Source: Candidatus Kerfeldbacteria bacterium
GTDB taxonomy: Bacteria > Patescibacteriota > Patescibacteriia > SBBC01 > CAIJZX01
Direction: 5' to 3'
DNA: 63,620 nucleotides
Assembly (NCBI GenBank): GCA_903825245.1
Contig: CAIJZX010000032.1
Span: 1 to 63,620 of the forward strand
Part shown: positions 1 to 7,777 of the stretch, one piece after another
How positions within the stretch are numbered: the stretch's first letter is position 1
How the letters are laid out: each line of letters opens with the position of its first letter
Translations under genes and position numbers: made by a program
Notes under the pieces: model-generated
Database searches by the model: none
Seen by the model: only the letters and a program-made list of their open reading frames with translations
Told to the model about the DNA's origin: nothing

Positions 1-133
1 CACACCGCCCGTCAAGCCAAGAGAGTCGAGAATACCCGAAAGCCCTTTACGGGGAATAAGGTAGGTTCGATGATAGGGGCTAAGTCGTAACAAGGCATGC
101 GTAGCGGAAGCTGTGCATGGATCACCTCCTTTC
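1..133 (+). rRNA. rrs: 16S rRNA, 3' terminal ~133 nt (partial, continues upstream of window)
   Basis: CACACCGCCCGTCA at 1-14, AAGTCGTAACAAGG at 82-95, anti-SD GGATCACCTCCTTT at 119-132. Confidence 0.9.
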
Positions 134-437
134 TAGGGAGTACCATGATGCAAGTTTATCTTGCACAAGGTCTAGTATACGCGGTGTACGCGATACTTAC
201 TGTTTCAGTTGTTCACTTGCGCTTTGCGTAGTGACGCTGATATCAAGCCTAGATGGTCGCGTTCAACCCTTACACTCATCATTTTTCTCTCCCGGACTTG
301 ATCCGGGATCTGAGACTACATCATGAACAGGATTGAGCTTAGGCAACGTGAAACGTTGCATATACTAAAATTACGACTCAAAGTATAAAGTTAATGTTTG
401 CACTTACCACGTTCTGATTCGTCAATGATCCCAATGA

Positions 438-458
438 ACAGCAGTGATGCTGTTTTTT
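438..458 (+). terminator. Rho-independent terminator-like hairpin downstream of 16S
   Basis: ACAGCA-gtga-TGCTGT stem-loop followed by TTTTT. Confidence 0.45.
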
Positions 459-593
459 GGTTATATGCTAGCTTGCCACGGGCCGCGACCCCGGGGGGGG
501 CGGTTTTTGTGTTTGACTTCGTCTTACCATGATAGTATTAGGACGGGCGTAGTTGATTTGAAGCATCCTTTCGCCCTCAGAGGAGAAACCACC

Positions 594-794
594 ATGAACG
601 AGCATCTGAACGAAAATGTGCGGCGGGCCGTCACCGCTCTGGCTGACGCGCTGTGTGAGTGGGAACGAATGAGTGGAATTCAATCGGTTCTGATCATTCG
701 CGAGCAAGGCGACTTCTCTTTCCGGGCCCAATCTGGCAAGCCCGGTATCCCGGAAGATGTGACAGACGCCATGCTCCTCGATACTCTGCAATAA
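594..794 (+). CDS. Small hypothetical protein (66 aa)
   Basis: Internal ATG of ORF 444..794, preceded by AGAGGAGAA RBS; terminator follows at 817-842. Confidence 0.55.
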   Translation: MNEHLNENVRRAVTALADALCEWERMSGIQSVLIIREQGDFSFRAQSGKPGIPEDVTDAMLLDTLQ

Positions 795-816
795 GGGTAT
801 CACGCAAAAAGAATCC

Positions 817-842
817 GACGGCACTCCTGTGCCGTCTTTTTT
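817..842 (+). terminator. Rho-independent terminator
   Basis: GACGGCAC-tcct-GTGCCGTC followed by TTTTTT. Confidence 0.75.
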
Positions 843-972
843 ATCGAATCTTTCTCAGCGACCTATCCTCGCATAGGCGAAGAAAATTAGGGGCAGTTTT
901 TGCATTGACGAAAACATACACTAGCGCTACTGTCTTATGAGACCGCTCATTCATCGCGCCAAGGAGGCAAGG

Positions 973-1152
973 GTGTTCGAACTCCACGTACTTTGCCGGA
1001 TCGAAAGCTGTCGACACGAGACTCGTATTGTCATCGATCCCGATCATACATTCCAGATCTCACACGCGAAGTGTGAAAAGTGCCACACTCCGCTCGCTAT
1101 CGACCTCAACACGCTGGTGTCGCTCATGGCTTCTCGTCACACTCGTTCCTAA
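973..1152 (+). CDS. Small Cys4 (CxxxxC...CxxC) zinc-ribbon-like protein, 59 aa
   Basis: In-frame GTG at 973 lies 5 nt after AAGGAGG (961-967), inside ORF 937..1152; motifs CRIESC and CEKC; terminator follows. Confidence 0.55.
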   Translation: MFELHVLCRIESCRHETRIVIDPDHTFQISHAKCEKCHTPLAIDLNTLVSLMASRHTRS

Positions 1153-1174
1153 CCACCTCAGCAGTGGTTTTTTC
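1151..1174. terminator. Hairpin plus T-run between convergent genes
   Basis: AACCAC-ctcagca-GTGGTT then TTTTT; abuts the stop of minus-strand gene at 1175. Confidence 0.6.
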
Positions 1175-1648
1175 TTACTTTCGAACTGCGGCTATGCTAA
1201 GTTTCTTTTGACGACGATAGACAAAAGTTCCGGTTAACCATAGTGCGAACCCAACGTACGTCAAGAGAAACCACGGCATCGCCAACCAATCAAACCAACC
1301 GTGAATTTTCCAGGTCGCTATCGGCCACAGAATCGGCGTCGGCATGGTGGTATGTCCGGGAATATCGATCAGAATATGTAGTGCCCACGGCCAGGTATAG
1401 AGAAATGCTTTGCGCCATTTGATGGTCAAGATTAACGAAACAATGCCCCAAATAACGAGACTATGCGAAATATTATATGGACCGTTGAAAAAATGAATTT
1501 TTCCGGTTGCCAATAAATTTACAAAGGTAACCGGCAGCCAAAATATATCCGGCCACATTCCAAAAAAAACTAGCCATCGCCAACTTACCTTGCTTCGCAC
1601 CGATTGTCCGGCGGCATATGAAACGAGACCGTGAGCGAAGGTATCCAT
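1175..1648 (-). CDS. Membrane-bound metal-dependent hydrolase-like protein (YdjM/DUF457-like)
   Basis: Polytopic; N-terminus MDTFAHGL typical of the family. Start moved to the internal ATG (1648) to avoid overlapping the upstream pilin gene. Confidence 0.45.
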   Translation of the reverse strand: MDTFAHGLVSYAAGQSVRSKVSWRWLVFFGMWPDIFWLPVTFVNLLATGKIHFFNGPYNISHSLVIWGIVSLILTIKWRKAFLYTWPWALHILIDIPGHTTMPTPILWPIATWKIHGWFDWLAMPWFLLTYVGFALWLTGTFVYRRQKKLSIAAVRK

Positions 1649-1691
1649 GGGTATTCGTCTGCCCCGATAGAGTCGGGAAATTTTCTGAATA

Positions 1692-2792
1692 TTAATACGT
1701 ACAGCCAGGTTGGCCGTGCGGGATAAAATGCACGCCACTTCCTACACCAGCTAAACATCCTATAGTAGGGTGGCCAGTCCCATCATCTCCCTGATGACAA
1801 GATTGAATTTCTGCTATTTTACCCGTTTCATAGCAGTTTGGCGGATTGGCATTATCACAAGTCCAACCCCAACAATGACCTGACGGTAAACATTGTAATG
1901 GAAAGTCACGATCAAGGACGTGGTCACAATAAATGCCATAGTCCACCCCCGTGCCCGTCGCCGGCGCCGCGTCGCTCACGTGTCGCAACGATCCAGTACA
2001 GCCTAGATAGTATGTGCCTCGAGGGTAGGTAAGATCATTGGCGTTTACTAAATTTCCTGAGTTATCAATTGGAGCATAGTGTGTCGCTCCACACGGCACC
2101 GTCCAATCAAACCATGGACTGGCAATGCCGCCCTGATGCGTGCCTGCCCCCTGACACAAATTCGGAGTTTCATCATTGTGATGTTGTACATCCATGAAAT
2201 AAATCATGTAGTCGCCCTCGTATGGATTATTATTGGTAACGAAAACATCCCCAGTAATTTGGCCGCTGCTTGAAATGATGTTGTTCGCTCCCGGACCCTC
2301 CATTGGGTAGGCAATAAGATAGTGTTGTGAGTTGTCCATCGGCCCGCTGACAATAACGAACCAGGCGTGCTGCGGGTCAGGTGATCCGTCCGCACCAAAG
2401 AGTTGCGGGTCCTGCGGTAACGATGGTAAATACGGCGCCAATGCGTCCGCCAGCGCGGCCCAACTTACGTCCACCTTGTGCATACACCACGGCTGATCAA
2501 CTCCCGTATAATTCCCGTGTGAGTCAAGGCTGGCCGGCACCATCGGAATTTTATCTCCGTTGTAATCTACTGTCGGGAAAGGATACTTCCCATTCGCGGC
2601 ATAATACTTTTCCATCGCGATCTTTATTTTATTGACATCCGCAACGCGTTGCGCGTTGCGCGCTCGTGCTTGTTGACTCGAAATTGTCCCCACGCTAATC
2701 GCCGCCAAAATACCAATAATTGCTATCACCACCAATAACTCAATGAGGGTGAAGCTTTTCCGTTCGCGGTTGATGTTAACAATTCGTTTCAT
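1692..2792 (-). CDS. Type IV pilin/pseudopilin-like protein with large Cys-rich globular domain
   Basis: N-terminal prepilin motif ...RKS/FTLIELLVVIAIIGILAAI; many Cys in the C-terminal ~250 aa. Confidence 0.8.
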   Translation of the reverse strand: MKRIVNINRERKSFTLIELLVVIAIIGILAAISVGTISSQQARARNAQRVADVNKIKIAMEKYYAANGKYPFPTVDYNGDKIPMVPASLDSHGNYTGVDQPWCMHKVDVSWAALADALAPYLPSLPQDPQLFGADGSPDPQHAWFVIVSGPMDNSQHYLIAYPMEGPGANNIISSSGQITGDVFVTNNNPYEGDYMIYFMDVQHHNDETPNLCQGAGTHQGGIASPWFDWTVPCGATHYAPIDNSGNLVNANDLTYPRGTYYLGCTGSLRHVSDAAPATGTGVDYGIYCDHVLDRDFPLQCLPSGHCWGWTCDNANPPNCYETGKIAEIQSCHQGDDGTGHPTIGCLAGVGSGVHFIPHGQPGCTY

Positions 2793-2943
2793 TCGATATT
2801 TATACCCATATCATAGAACAAAATGGGCGAAAAAACCAGGCAATACGGGAAGTGGCCTGATGCTTGCCATTTTTACGCTTTTTTGTTACCCTACTCACGT
2901 TTCTCACGTACGTTTTGTGGTCGCTAATAAGCAAATTCTTGGG

Positions 2944-3020
2944 GGGCGCGTAGCTCAGGTGGTTAGAGCGCGTCACTGATAATGACGAGGTCGATGGTTC
3001 GAGTCCATCCGCGCCCACCA
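2944..3020 (+). tRNA. tRNA-Ile (anticodon GAU), CCA encoded
   Basis: Cloverleaf by hand: acceptor GGGCGCG/CGCGCCC, D arm GCTC-AGGTGGTTA-GAGC, anticodon arm CGTCA-CTGATAA-TGACG, T arm GATGG-TTCGAGT-CCATC, ACCA. Confidence 0.92.
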
Positions 3021-3039
3021 AGAATTTGCTTGTTTGTGT

Positions 3040-3340
3040 TAGCTCAGGTGGGTCGAGACCGGTTCCGCCGTAAGGCGGAAAGCACATGAACTGCTTCATG
3101 TGCGTCCGGTCGAGACGGGCGGCGCGATGTGCCAACAGCACAGCGACGCCCCGGACTAGAGCGCGTCACTGATAATGACGAGTCCCGAAGCAATCGCAAA
3201 GCGATTAATCGGGATGCCGAATCCCGCCGTGCGGAACTTCGGGAGCCCCAGGGTTGCGAAGCAACAGGTGCGACAAGGTGGGGCACCCCGGCCCCGAGGG
3301 GGGGGCGATTCCTGGATCGCGATCTAGGGTTACAACCATA
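3040..3340 (+). other. tRNA-Ile-derived fragment embedded in GC-rich, helix-rich sequence (pseudo-tRNA or unclassified structured RNA)
   Basis: 3040-3051 matches 2951-2962 and 3157-3182 matches 2964-2989 exactly. The two pieces are separated by a 105-nt insert with helices CCGCC-gtaa-GGCGG and GCACATGAA-ctgc-TTCATGTGC. Further stems follow: TCCCGAAG/CTTCGGGA and GTTGC-gaa-GCAAC. Confidence 0.4.
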
Positions 3341-3401
3341 AGAAACCATTGACTCATACATCCGGTTGATGTAGATTTTTCGTATCCAAAAGGGGGTTAC
3401 C

Positions 3402-3692
3402 GTGTCCGTCGTAACTGGGAATGAAGAGGAAGATGAACGGCTGCTTCTTGAGAGCCTCGAACGTAACTTGCGTCGTTTCGATCAAATAGCGGATAAGGAA
3501 ATTCGCCGAATGGCTGGTCGCGACGAACCATTGCTCGATCCCAACGGCACCGTCACTCAACCGTCAGCTATTATCTTCTGGCGGGAGACAAAAGAATGGG
3601 TTGCCGACGCGCTCCCGAAACTTCGCTTTGATCAAGTTGTTGTCCAGCTCTTTCGAGATCTCGCGCGACGATTTCACCAGCCACCATCCTAA
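3402..3692 (+). CDS. Hypothetical protein (96 aa, acidic N-terminus)
   Basis: GTG start after AAAGGGGG; no recognisable family. Confidence 0.45.
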   Translation: MSVVTGNEEEDERLLLESLERNLRRFDQIADKEIRRMAGRDEPLLDPNGTVTQPSAIIFWRETKEWVADALPKLRFDQVVVQLFRDLARRFHQPPS

Positions 3693-3776
3693 AAATTGTG
3701 TGGCTTTTTTCTTGTAGACATTTAAAGAAATAATAAATTATACAAAAGATGTTTTCAAAGAAGAAATATGAGCTAA

Positions 3777-3875
3777 CCCCGTTAGAGGCGAAGAGGTTAT
3801 TGTTATTGGTGTAGCGCCGTTACCAAAATATTTATTTTCTCCAATCTAAAAATGTTTGAATCGTCTCTAACGGGG
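3777..3875. repeat. Inverted-repeat element A (15-nt arms, 69-nt spacer)
   Basis: CCCCGTTAGAGGCGA (3777-3791) versus TCGTCTCTAACGGGG (3861-3875), 14/15 complementary; same arm motif recurs at 63174-63268. Confidence 0.7.
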
Positions 3876-3976
3876 CTAACATTAGCGCAGAATTTTTATT
3901 TGCTGGAAATAAATTATTTTTCTACGTAATAATTATTTTTTCTCTTGCAGCATGCATTGCGATTGACATCAAAAAA

Positions 3977-3985
3977 TGTTACAAT
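3977..3985 (+). promoter_or_regulatory. Extended -10 promoter candidate (TGtTACAAT)
   Basis: TGTTACAAT about 105 nt upstream of the 4092 start, in an AT-rich spacer. Confidence 0.35.
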
Positions 3986-4091
3986 CACTGTCCGGTGGTA
4001 ATTGTGGATAACATTTTTTCATAACAAAACCAATTGATGAGCGTTGTGCCTTGCGTACCGCGCTCGACAAAAACGAAGGAGGTGTGTACAC

Positions 4092-4169
4092 ATGGCAAAG
4101 AAAGCAAAGAAGGCAACAAAGAAAACAGCAAAGCGCAAAGTCGCAAAGAAGTCGGCGAAGCGCCGTTAG
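4092..4169 (+). CDS. Lys/Ala-rich basic micro-protein, 25 aa (MAKKAKKATKKTAKRKVAKKSAKRR)
   Basis: GAAGGAGGTG RBS 7 nt upstream of ATG; terminator immediately downstream; below the ORF-track length cutoff. Confidence 0.5.
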   Translation: MAKKAKKATKKTAKRKVAKKSAKRR

Positions 4170-4177
4170 TCTGAAAG

Positions 4178-4213
4178 AAAAACTAGTTCGTAAGTAACGA
4201 GCTAGTTTTTTTG
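4178..4213 (+). terminator. Rho-independent terminator
   Basis: AACTAGTTCG-taagtaa-CGAGCTAGTT followed by a T-run. Confidence 0.7.
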
Positions 4214-4217
4214 TTAA

Positions 4218-4243
4218 CCCTCCCCCTCATATGAGGGGGAGGG
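4218..4243. repeat. Perfect 26-nt palindrome CCCTCCCCCTCAT/ATGAGGGGGAGGG
   Basis: Read directly; lies between convergent genes and is followed by a second hairpin TCCCGC-tgaaat-GCGGGA (4250-4267). Confidence 0.85.
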
Positions 4244-4284
4244 AGGAGATCCCGCTGAAATGCGGGACGACGGCAGGGGGTAAA

Positions 4285-5526
4285 CTATTTTTTGCTAATC
4301 GGCGCTTCTCCAATATTCAAAAATGGCAAAATCGCCATCACCACAAACAGAATCATCAGATCGTTCTTGAACAATGGTGTATCGACAAATCCGTGAGCTA
4401 GTATCGCCAGCATTGCGGCCACGGCAATCGTTGCTATGATATTACCTGAGGCAGTTTTTTTCCACAGAACAATTACCCAACTCACGATAAACACCATAAA
4501 GATAATAAGTCCGAGCAAGCCGGTTTCAAGCCACAGGGCAAGGAAGAGTTGGTGTGGTTGCGACACCAACCACTCCAGTGGTGGCCAATATAATTTCGGG
4601 ATCGTTTCACGATAGATATTTTCATAGGCATTTGGTCCAACACCAAACCATGGCCGATCCTTTATCATCTCCACTGAGGTTCGCCAAATTTGCGTACGTA
4701 CTAGGCTTGAGGAGCGATCGCTAGCCGTAACTTTTTCTGCAAGGTAGCTCGTCTTTGATAATACGCCAACACCAAAAAGAAAAACCGCGCCGGCGATCAT
4801 CAGCGCCATACCGCGCTGTCGACGGCTCGGCCAGCGCCACCAGAGAAATGCGAGTCCGACAATCAATGACAGGTATCCGCCGAATGACACGGTTAGAATA
4901 AGCGCAATAAACATTACACCGACGGCAGCCCACCAGCTTCGTCCAAGAATTTTCCACAGTATCGCCCCAACCGTCACAACGAGAATCGGCGCCAGAAACA
5001 TCGCCGCATAGTTTGCTACCGGATGGAAAAATGAACTGAGGCGGTGATCTTGCAATGTGTCGCGCCACCAAATAAATTGCGCGAACCCGGCCAGGGCTAC
5101 CATTGTTCCGCTCAGCACCAAGCTTTTCAGAAGCAGCGCACGCTGTGGTGTTGAGCGAATATACAGCAATAACAAAGTGCCATAGAGCAACGGATCGATC
5201 AGCCACGCCTTAAAGGCGCCGAGGCTTGCTTGGCAATCGGTTGAATTGAGTGTTGACAGTGTCCAAGCAATAACCCATACCACAATAGAAATAAGAAACC
5301 AGCGCGGCAATCTCGGCCACATGAAATCTTTTTTGATTGCCGTAACAATCGCGCAAGCAAGGGCGACCGAATAAATGGCCAACTCAAGTGCTGTCGTCGG
5401 TACGCCAAAGAGTTTTGTTCGCAGAAGATAACTCGGCAAAAGCAACAGAGTCGCCGCAACACCAATTTCGCGGCGCCAGAGCGTCAACAGAAACATGGCC
5501 GCGCAAATAAGGATAATCCAGATCAT
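4285..5526 (-). CDS. O-antigen ligase/polymerase-like (Wzy_C-type) polytopic membrane protein
   Basis: About 10+ TM segments with a large loop. Start set at ATG 5526, which overlaps the upstream stop (ATGA). Confidence 0.6.
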   Translation of the reverse strand: MIWIILICAAMFLLTLWRREIGVAATLLLLPSYLLRTKLFGVPTTALELAIYSVALACAIVTAIKKDFMWPRLPRWFLISIVVWVIAWTLSTLNSTDCQASLGAFKAWLIDPLLYGTLLLLYIRSTPQRALLLKSLVLSGTMVALAGFAQFIWWRDTLQDHRLSSFFHPVANYAAMFLAPILVVTVGAILWKILGRSWWAAVGVMFIALILTVSFGGYLSLIVGLAFLWWRWPSRRQRGMALMIAGAVFLFGVGVLSKTSYLAEKVTASDRSSSLVRTQIWRTSVEMIKDRPWFGVGPNAYENIYRETIPKLYWPPLEWLVSQPHQLFLALWLETGLLGLIIFMVFIVSWVIVLWKKTASGNIIATIAVAAMLAILAHGFVDTPLFKNDLMILFVVMAILPFLNIGEAPISKK

Positions 5527-6896
5527 GTTTTTGATGGTTGACGTACCGCAATAGCCATCGCCACAAGTAACCACATCAGTTCCATCAAGTGCGGATACTG
5601 CAAACCGTTGACGAATTGGCTGTGGGCAAATAAACCGAGCATGCCAGCAAATGCACCGAGGCCAAAGCCGCGCCACTCTGCAGATAGTGCCCTATCTTTC
5701 CATGTCTTCCAAAGTTCTAACAACATGGCCACAAAGAGCCATAAGTATACGGCGAGACCGATAGTGCCGGTCGTCACCCACACCGTTAACAAGCTCGAAT
5801 CAGAACCGCTGGCGGAGTGCTCACTCGTTGTGGTCATGAAATTATATTCCACTTGGACGTACTTATAGAGGTTGTACCCGATACCGAGCCATGGATGATC
5901 GCCGATGACCGTGAAAGCATTTTGGTACGACACGAGGCGTAATTGAGCTGTCTCATCAATAGTGCGAATACCGATAACGCGCTCCTGAACGCGCGGTACG
6001 AATAGAATAACCGACATCATCGCTAACAATCCGATAATCAACATCGTCCGCGATCGAAATAACGCCACAAAACCCATGGCGATGACGAAGCCGACGTAGC
6101 CGCTGCGTGAGTATGTTAAAACTGTTGCCAGTGTTAGCGCAACCACCGCCACCCACCACCAGCGCGCCTGTCGGAATGGAACGGAGAGTGCGACACCGAG
6201 CGCCACGGCCGTGATAACGGTAAACAGTCCGCCGAGGTAATTCGGGTCAAACCACGTGGAGAGCAGGCGGCCGATGTGCGGATCCCAACCCTTCGGTACC
6301 ATCGAAGAAAAATCTGGAAACACCTTGAGTTGAATGAACCCGAGCACCGCCAGAACAACACCGACCCACACCAGTAACGACAAATACTTATGCGCGCGTT
6401 GGTGAGTGCGGAAGTAATCTTGGCCAATCCAAAAGAGCGCTAAGTATTCGATCCAGCGAACGAAATATAGCGAGCCACTCCACCACTCAGACGCGTTCTC
6501 GCGGCCAATGTTCGCCACCAACGACAAGCCCATGATGGTAATCATCAATACCAACGGCAAGGTGAGACTATGCTTACGAAGTCCCCAGTGTTGGCTCGCC
6601 AAGCGGCGCAACGTCCACACCACGATAAGCGCAGGAATAATGACGTCGTTTGGTAGAATTTCACTACTGCCAACCGGGATGCGAATAAGCTGACCAATGA
6701 TAATTGATCCGATGCTGGCAATGAATGCTGTTTCCGGATAGAGAAACACAATCACACCAATGAGCGCACCGCCGATAGCAATCGAACCGAGCAAAAAGTG
6801 GCTACCCACCATCCAAGCGGTTGCTAAAATAACTACCAAAGAACTGACAATAGTGATTGTCGCTCGATGTCGGTGAATATGGTGACGAAGGTTCAT
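5523..6896 (-). CDS. O-antigen ligase/polymerase-like polytopic membrane protein (paralog)
   Basis: Same architecture as the gene at 4285-5526; start at ATG 6896 overlaps the GT2 stop (ATGA). Confidence 0.6.
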   Translation of the reverse strand: MNLRHHIHRHRATITIVSSLVVILATAWMVGSHFLLGSIAIGGALIGVIVFLYPETAFIASIGSIIIGQLIRIPVGSSEILPNDVIIPALIVVWTLRRLASQHWGLRKHSLTLPLVLMITIMGLSLVANIGRENASEWWSGSLYFVRWIEYLALFWIGQDYFRTHQRAHKYLSLLVWVGVVLAVLGFIQLKVFPDFSSMVPKGWDPHIGRLLSTWFDPNYLGGLFTVITAVALGVALSVPFRQARWWWVAVVALTLATVLTYSRSGYVGFVIAMGFVALFRSRTMLIIGLLAMMSVILFVPRVQERVIGIRTIDETAQLRLVSYQNAFTVIGDHPWLGIGYNLYKYVQVEYNFMTTTSEHSASGSDSSLLTVWVTTGTIGLAVYLWLFVAMLLELWKTWKDRALSAEWRGFGLGAFAGMLGLFAHSQFVNGLQYPHLMELMWLLVAMAIAVRQPSKT

Positions 6897-7777
6897 GCTC
6901 GTGAAGTATGCACGAGTTTTTTCGCCTGCGCAAACGACTGCCATGGCGCCAGCAACCACGAAATTTTTCCGTGACCATAGTACAACCAGCACGCGGCCAT
7001 CGCTCGCGCCTTTCGCACCAGGAGCATTGGCAGATAGCGATTCGGAAAATGTTTCAGGAAGAAGTAGTTTTCGTTAAAAAAGAAGTCGCGATACCACGTC
7101 AATCGATCCGCCGTTCGCGATCCACCCGCTAGGGCTAGGTGAGTCAGGCTTGCCCGCGGCTCAAATACGATCCGCCAACCAGCTTCCACCACGCGCAGTG
7201 AGAAATCCGTTTCTTCGCGCATGGCGTTCCCGCGAAATTGTTCATCGAACATACCGACATCGACGATAATCTGTTTTCGAAAGGACATGTTGCCGCCGCG
7301 CGGTGCATTGATGTCTTGCGACACTGTTGATGTCGCGTTCGGATAAATACGTCCGGTTTTTGTAACACGGCAGACTGGACCGGTTTGTTCGCGATTAAGT
7401 TCTTGATTGACATCCAGCACGCGACCGCCAACGCCGGCGATGTTTTCATCATCGTAGTGGCTAGAATGAGCCAACAAAAACTTATTGTCTGCTAAGCGCA
7501 CATCGTCGTCGGTAAAAACAATAATAGCACCTTGCGCCGCGCGAACACCGGTGTTTCGCGCTACACATGTGCCACCAGTAGTAATCCGTATCACCCGCAA
7601 ACGTGAGTCGTTTTTGGCAATGTCTGCTAACTGTATATTTTCAGCTGTACTTGCATCTACCACGATCATTTCAAACCGCGGATAGTCTTGGGTTTGAAAA
7701 TCATGGACGAGATCAACGATCGCTTGCGGGCGATTCAGCGTGGGCACAACAACAGAAAGTAGTGGTTGTTCAATCAT
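6893..7777 (-). CDS. Glycosyltransferase family 2
   Basis: LSVVVPTLNRP..., VVDAS, FTDDD motifs typical of the GT-A/GT2 fold. Confidence 0.8.
   Translation of the reverse strand: MIEQPLLSVVVPTLNRPQAIVDLVHDFQTQDYPRFEMIVVDASTAENIQLADIAKNDSRLRVIRITTGGTCVARNTGVRAAQGAIIVFTDDDVRLADNKFLLAHSSHYDDENIAGVGGRVLDVNQELNREQTGPVCRVTKTGRIYPNATSTVSQDINAPRGGNMSFRKQIIVDVGMFDEQFRGNAMREETDFSLRVVEAGWRIVFEPRASLTHLALAGGSRTADRLTWYRDFFFNENYFFLKHFPNRYLPMLLVRKARAMAACWLYYGHGKISWLLAPWQSFAQAKKLVHTSRA

Noticed and set aside
484-516. G8/C-rich stretch CCGCGACCCCGGGGGGGGCGGTTTTT, similar to CCCCGAGGGGGGGGCGATT at 3291-3309
   Set aside because: The shared part is essentially a homopolymer G-run with flanking C residues. That is too short and low-complexity to call a repeat family; it might act as a weak terminator.
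3195-3260. GATGCCGAATCCCGCC... shares ATGCCGAA with 5S rRNA loop C/helix III
   Set aside because: Only an 8-nt match; no other 5S helices or termini could be drawn.
3300-3692. GGGGGGCGATTCCTGGATCGCGA resembles the 5' end of tmRNA (GGGGCTGATTCTGGATTCGAC), and ...CAGCCACCA occurs about 385 nt downstream
   Set aside because: There is no T-arm (GGTTCGA-type). The 3' strand is not complementary to the 5' GGGGGCG. The interval holds a plausible protein ORF (3402-3692) with an RBS. I treat the match as coincidental similarity.
4002-4010. Perfect reverse DnaA box TGTGGATAA in the AT-rich spacer upstream of the Lys-rich peptide gene
   Set aside because: It is a single isolated box about 31 kb from the dnaA locus and is likely a chance occurrence.
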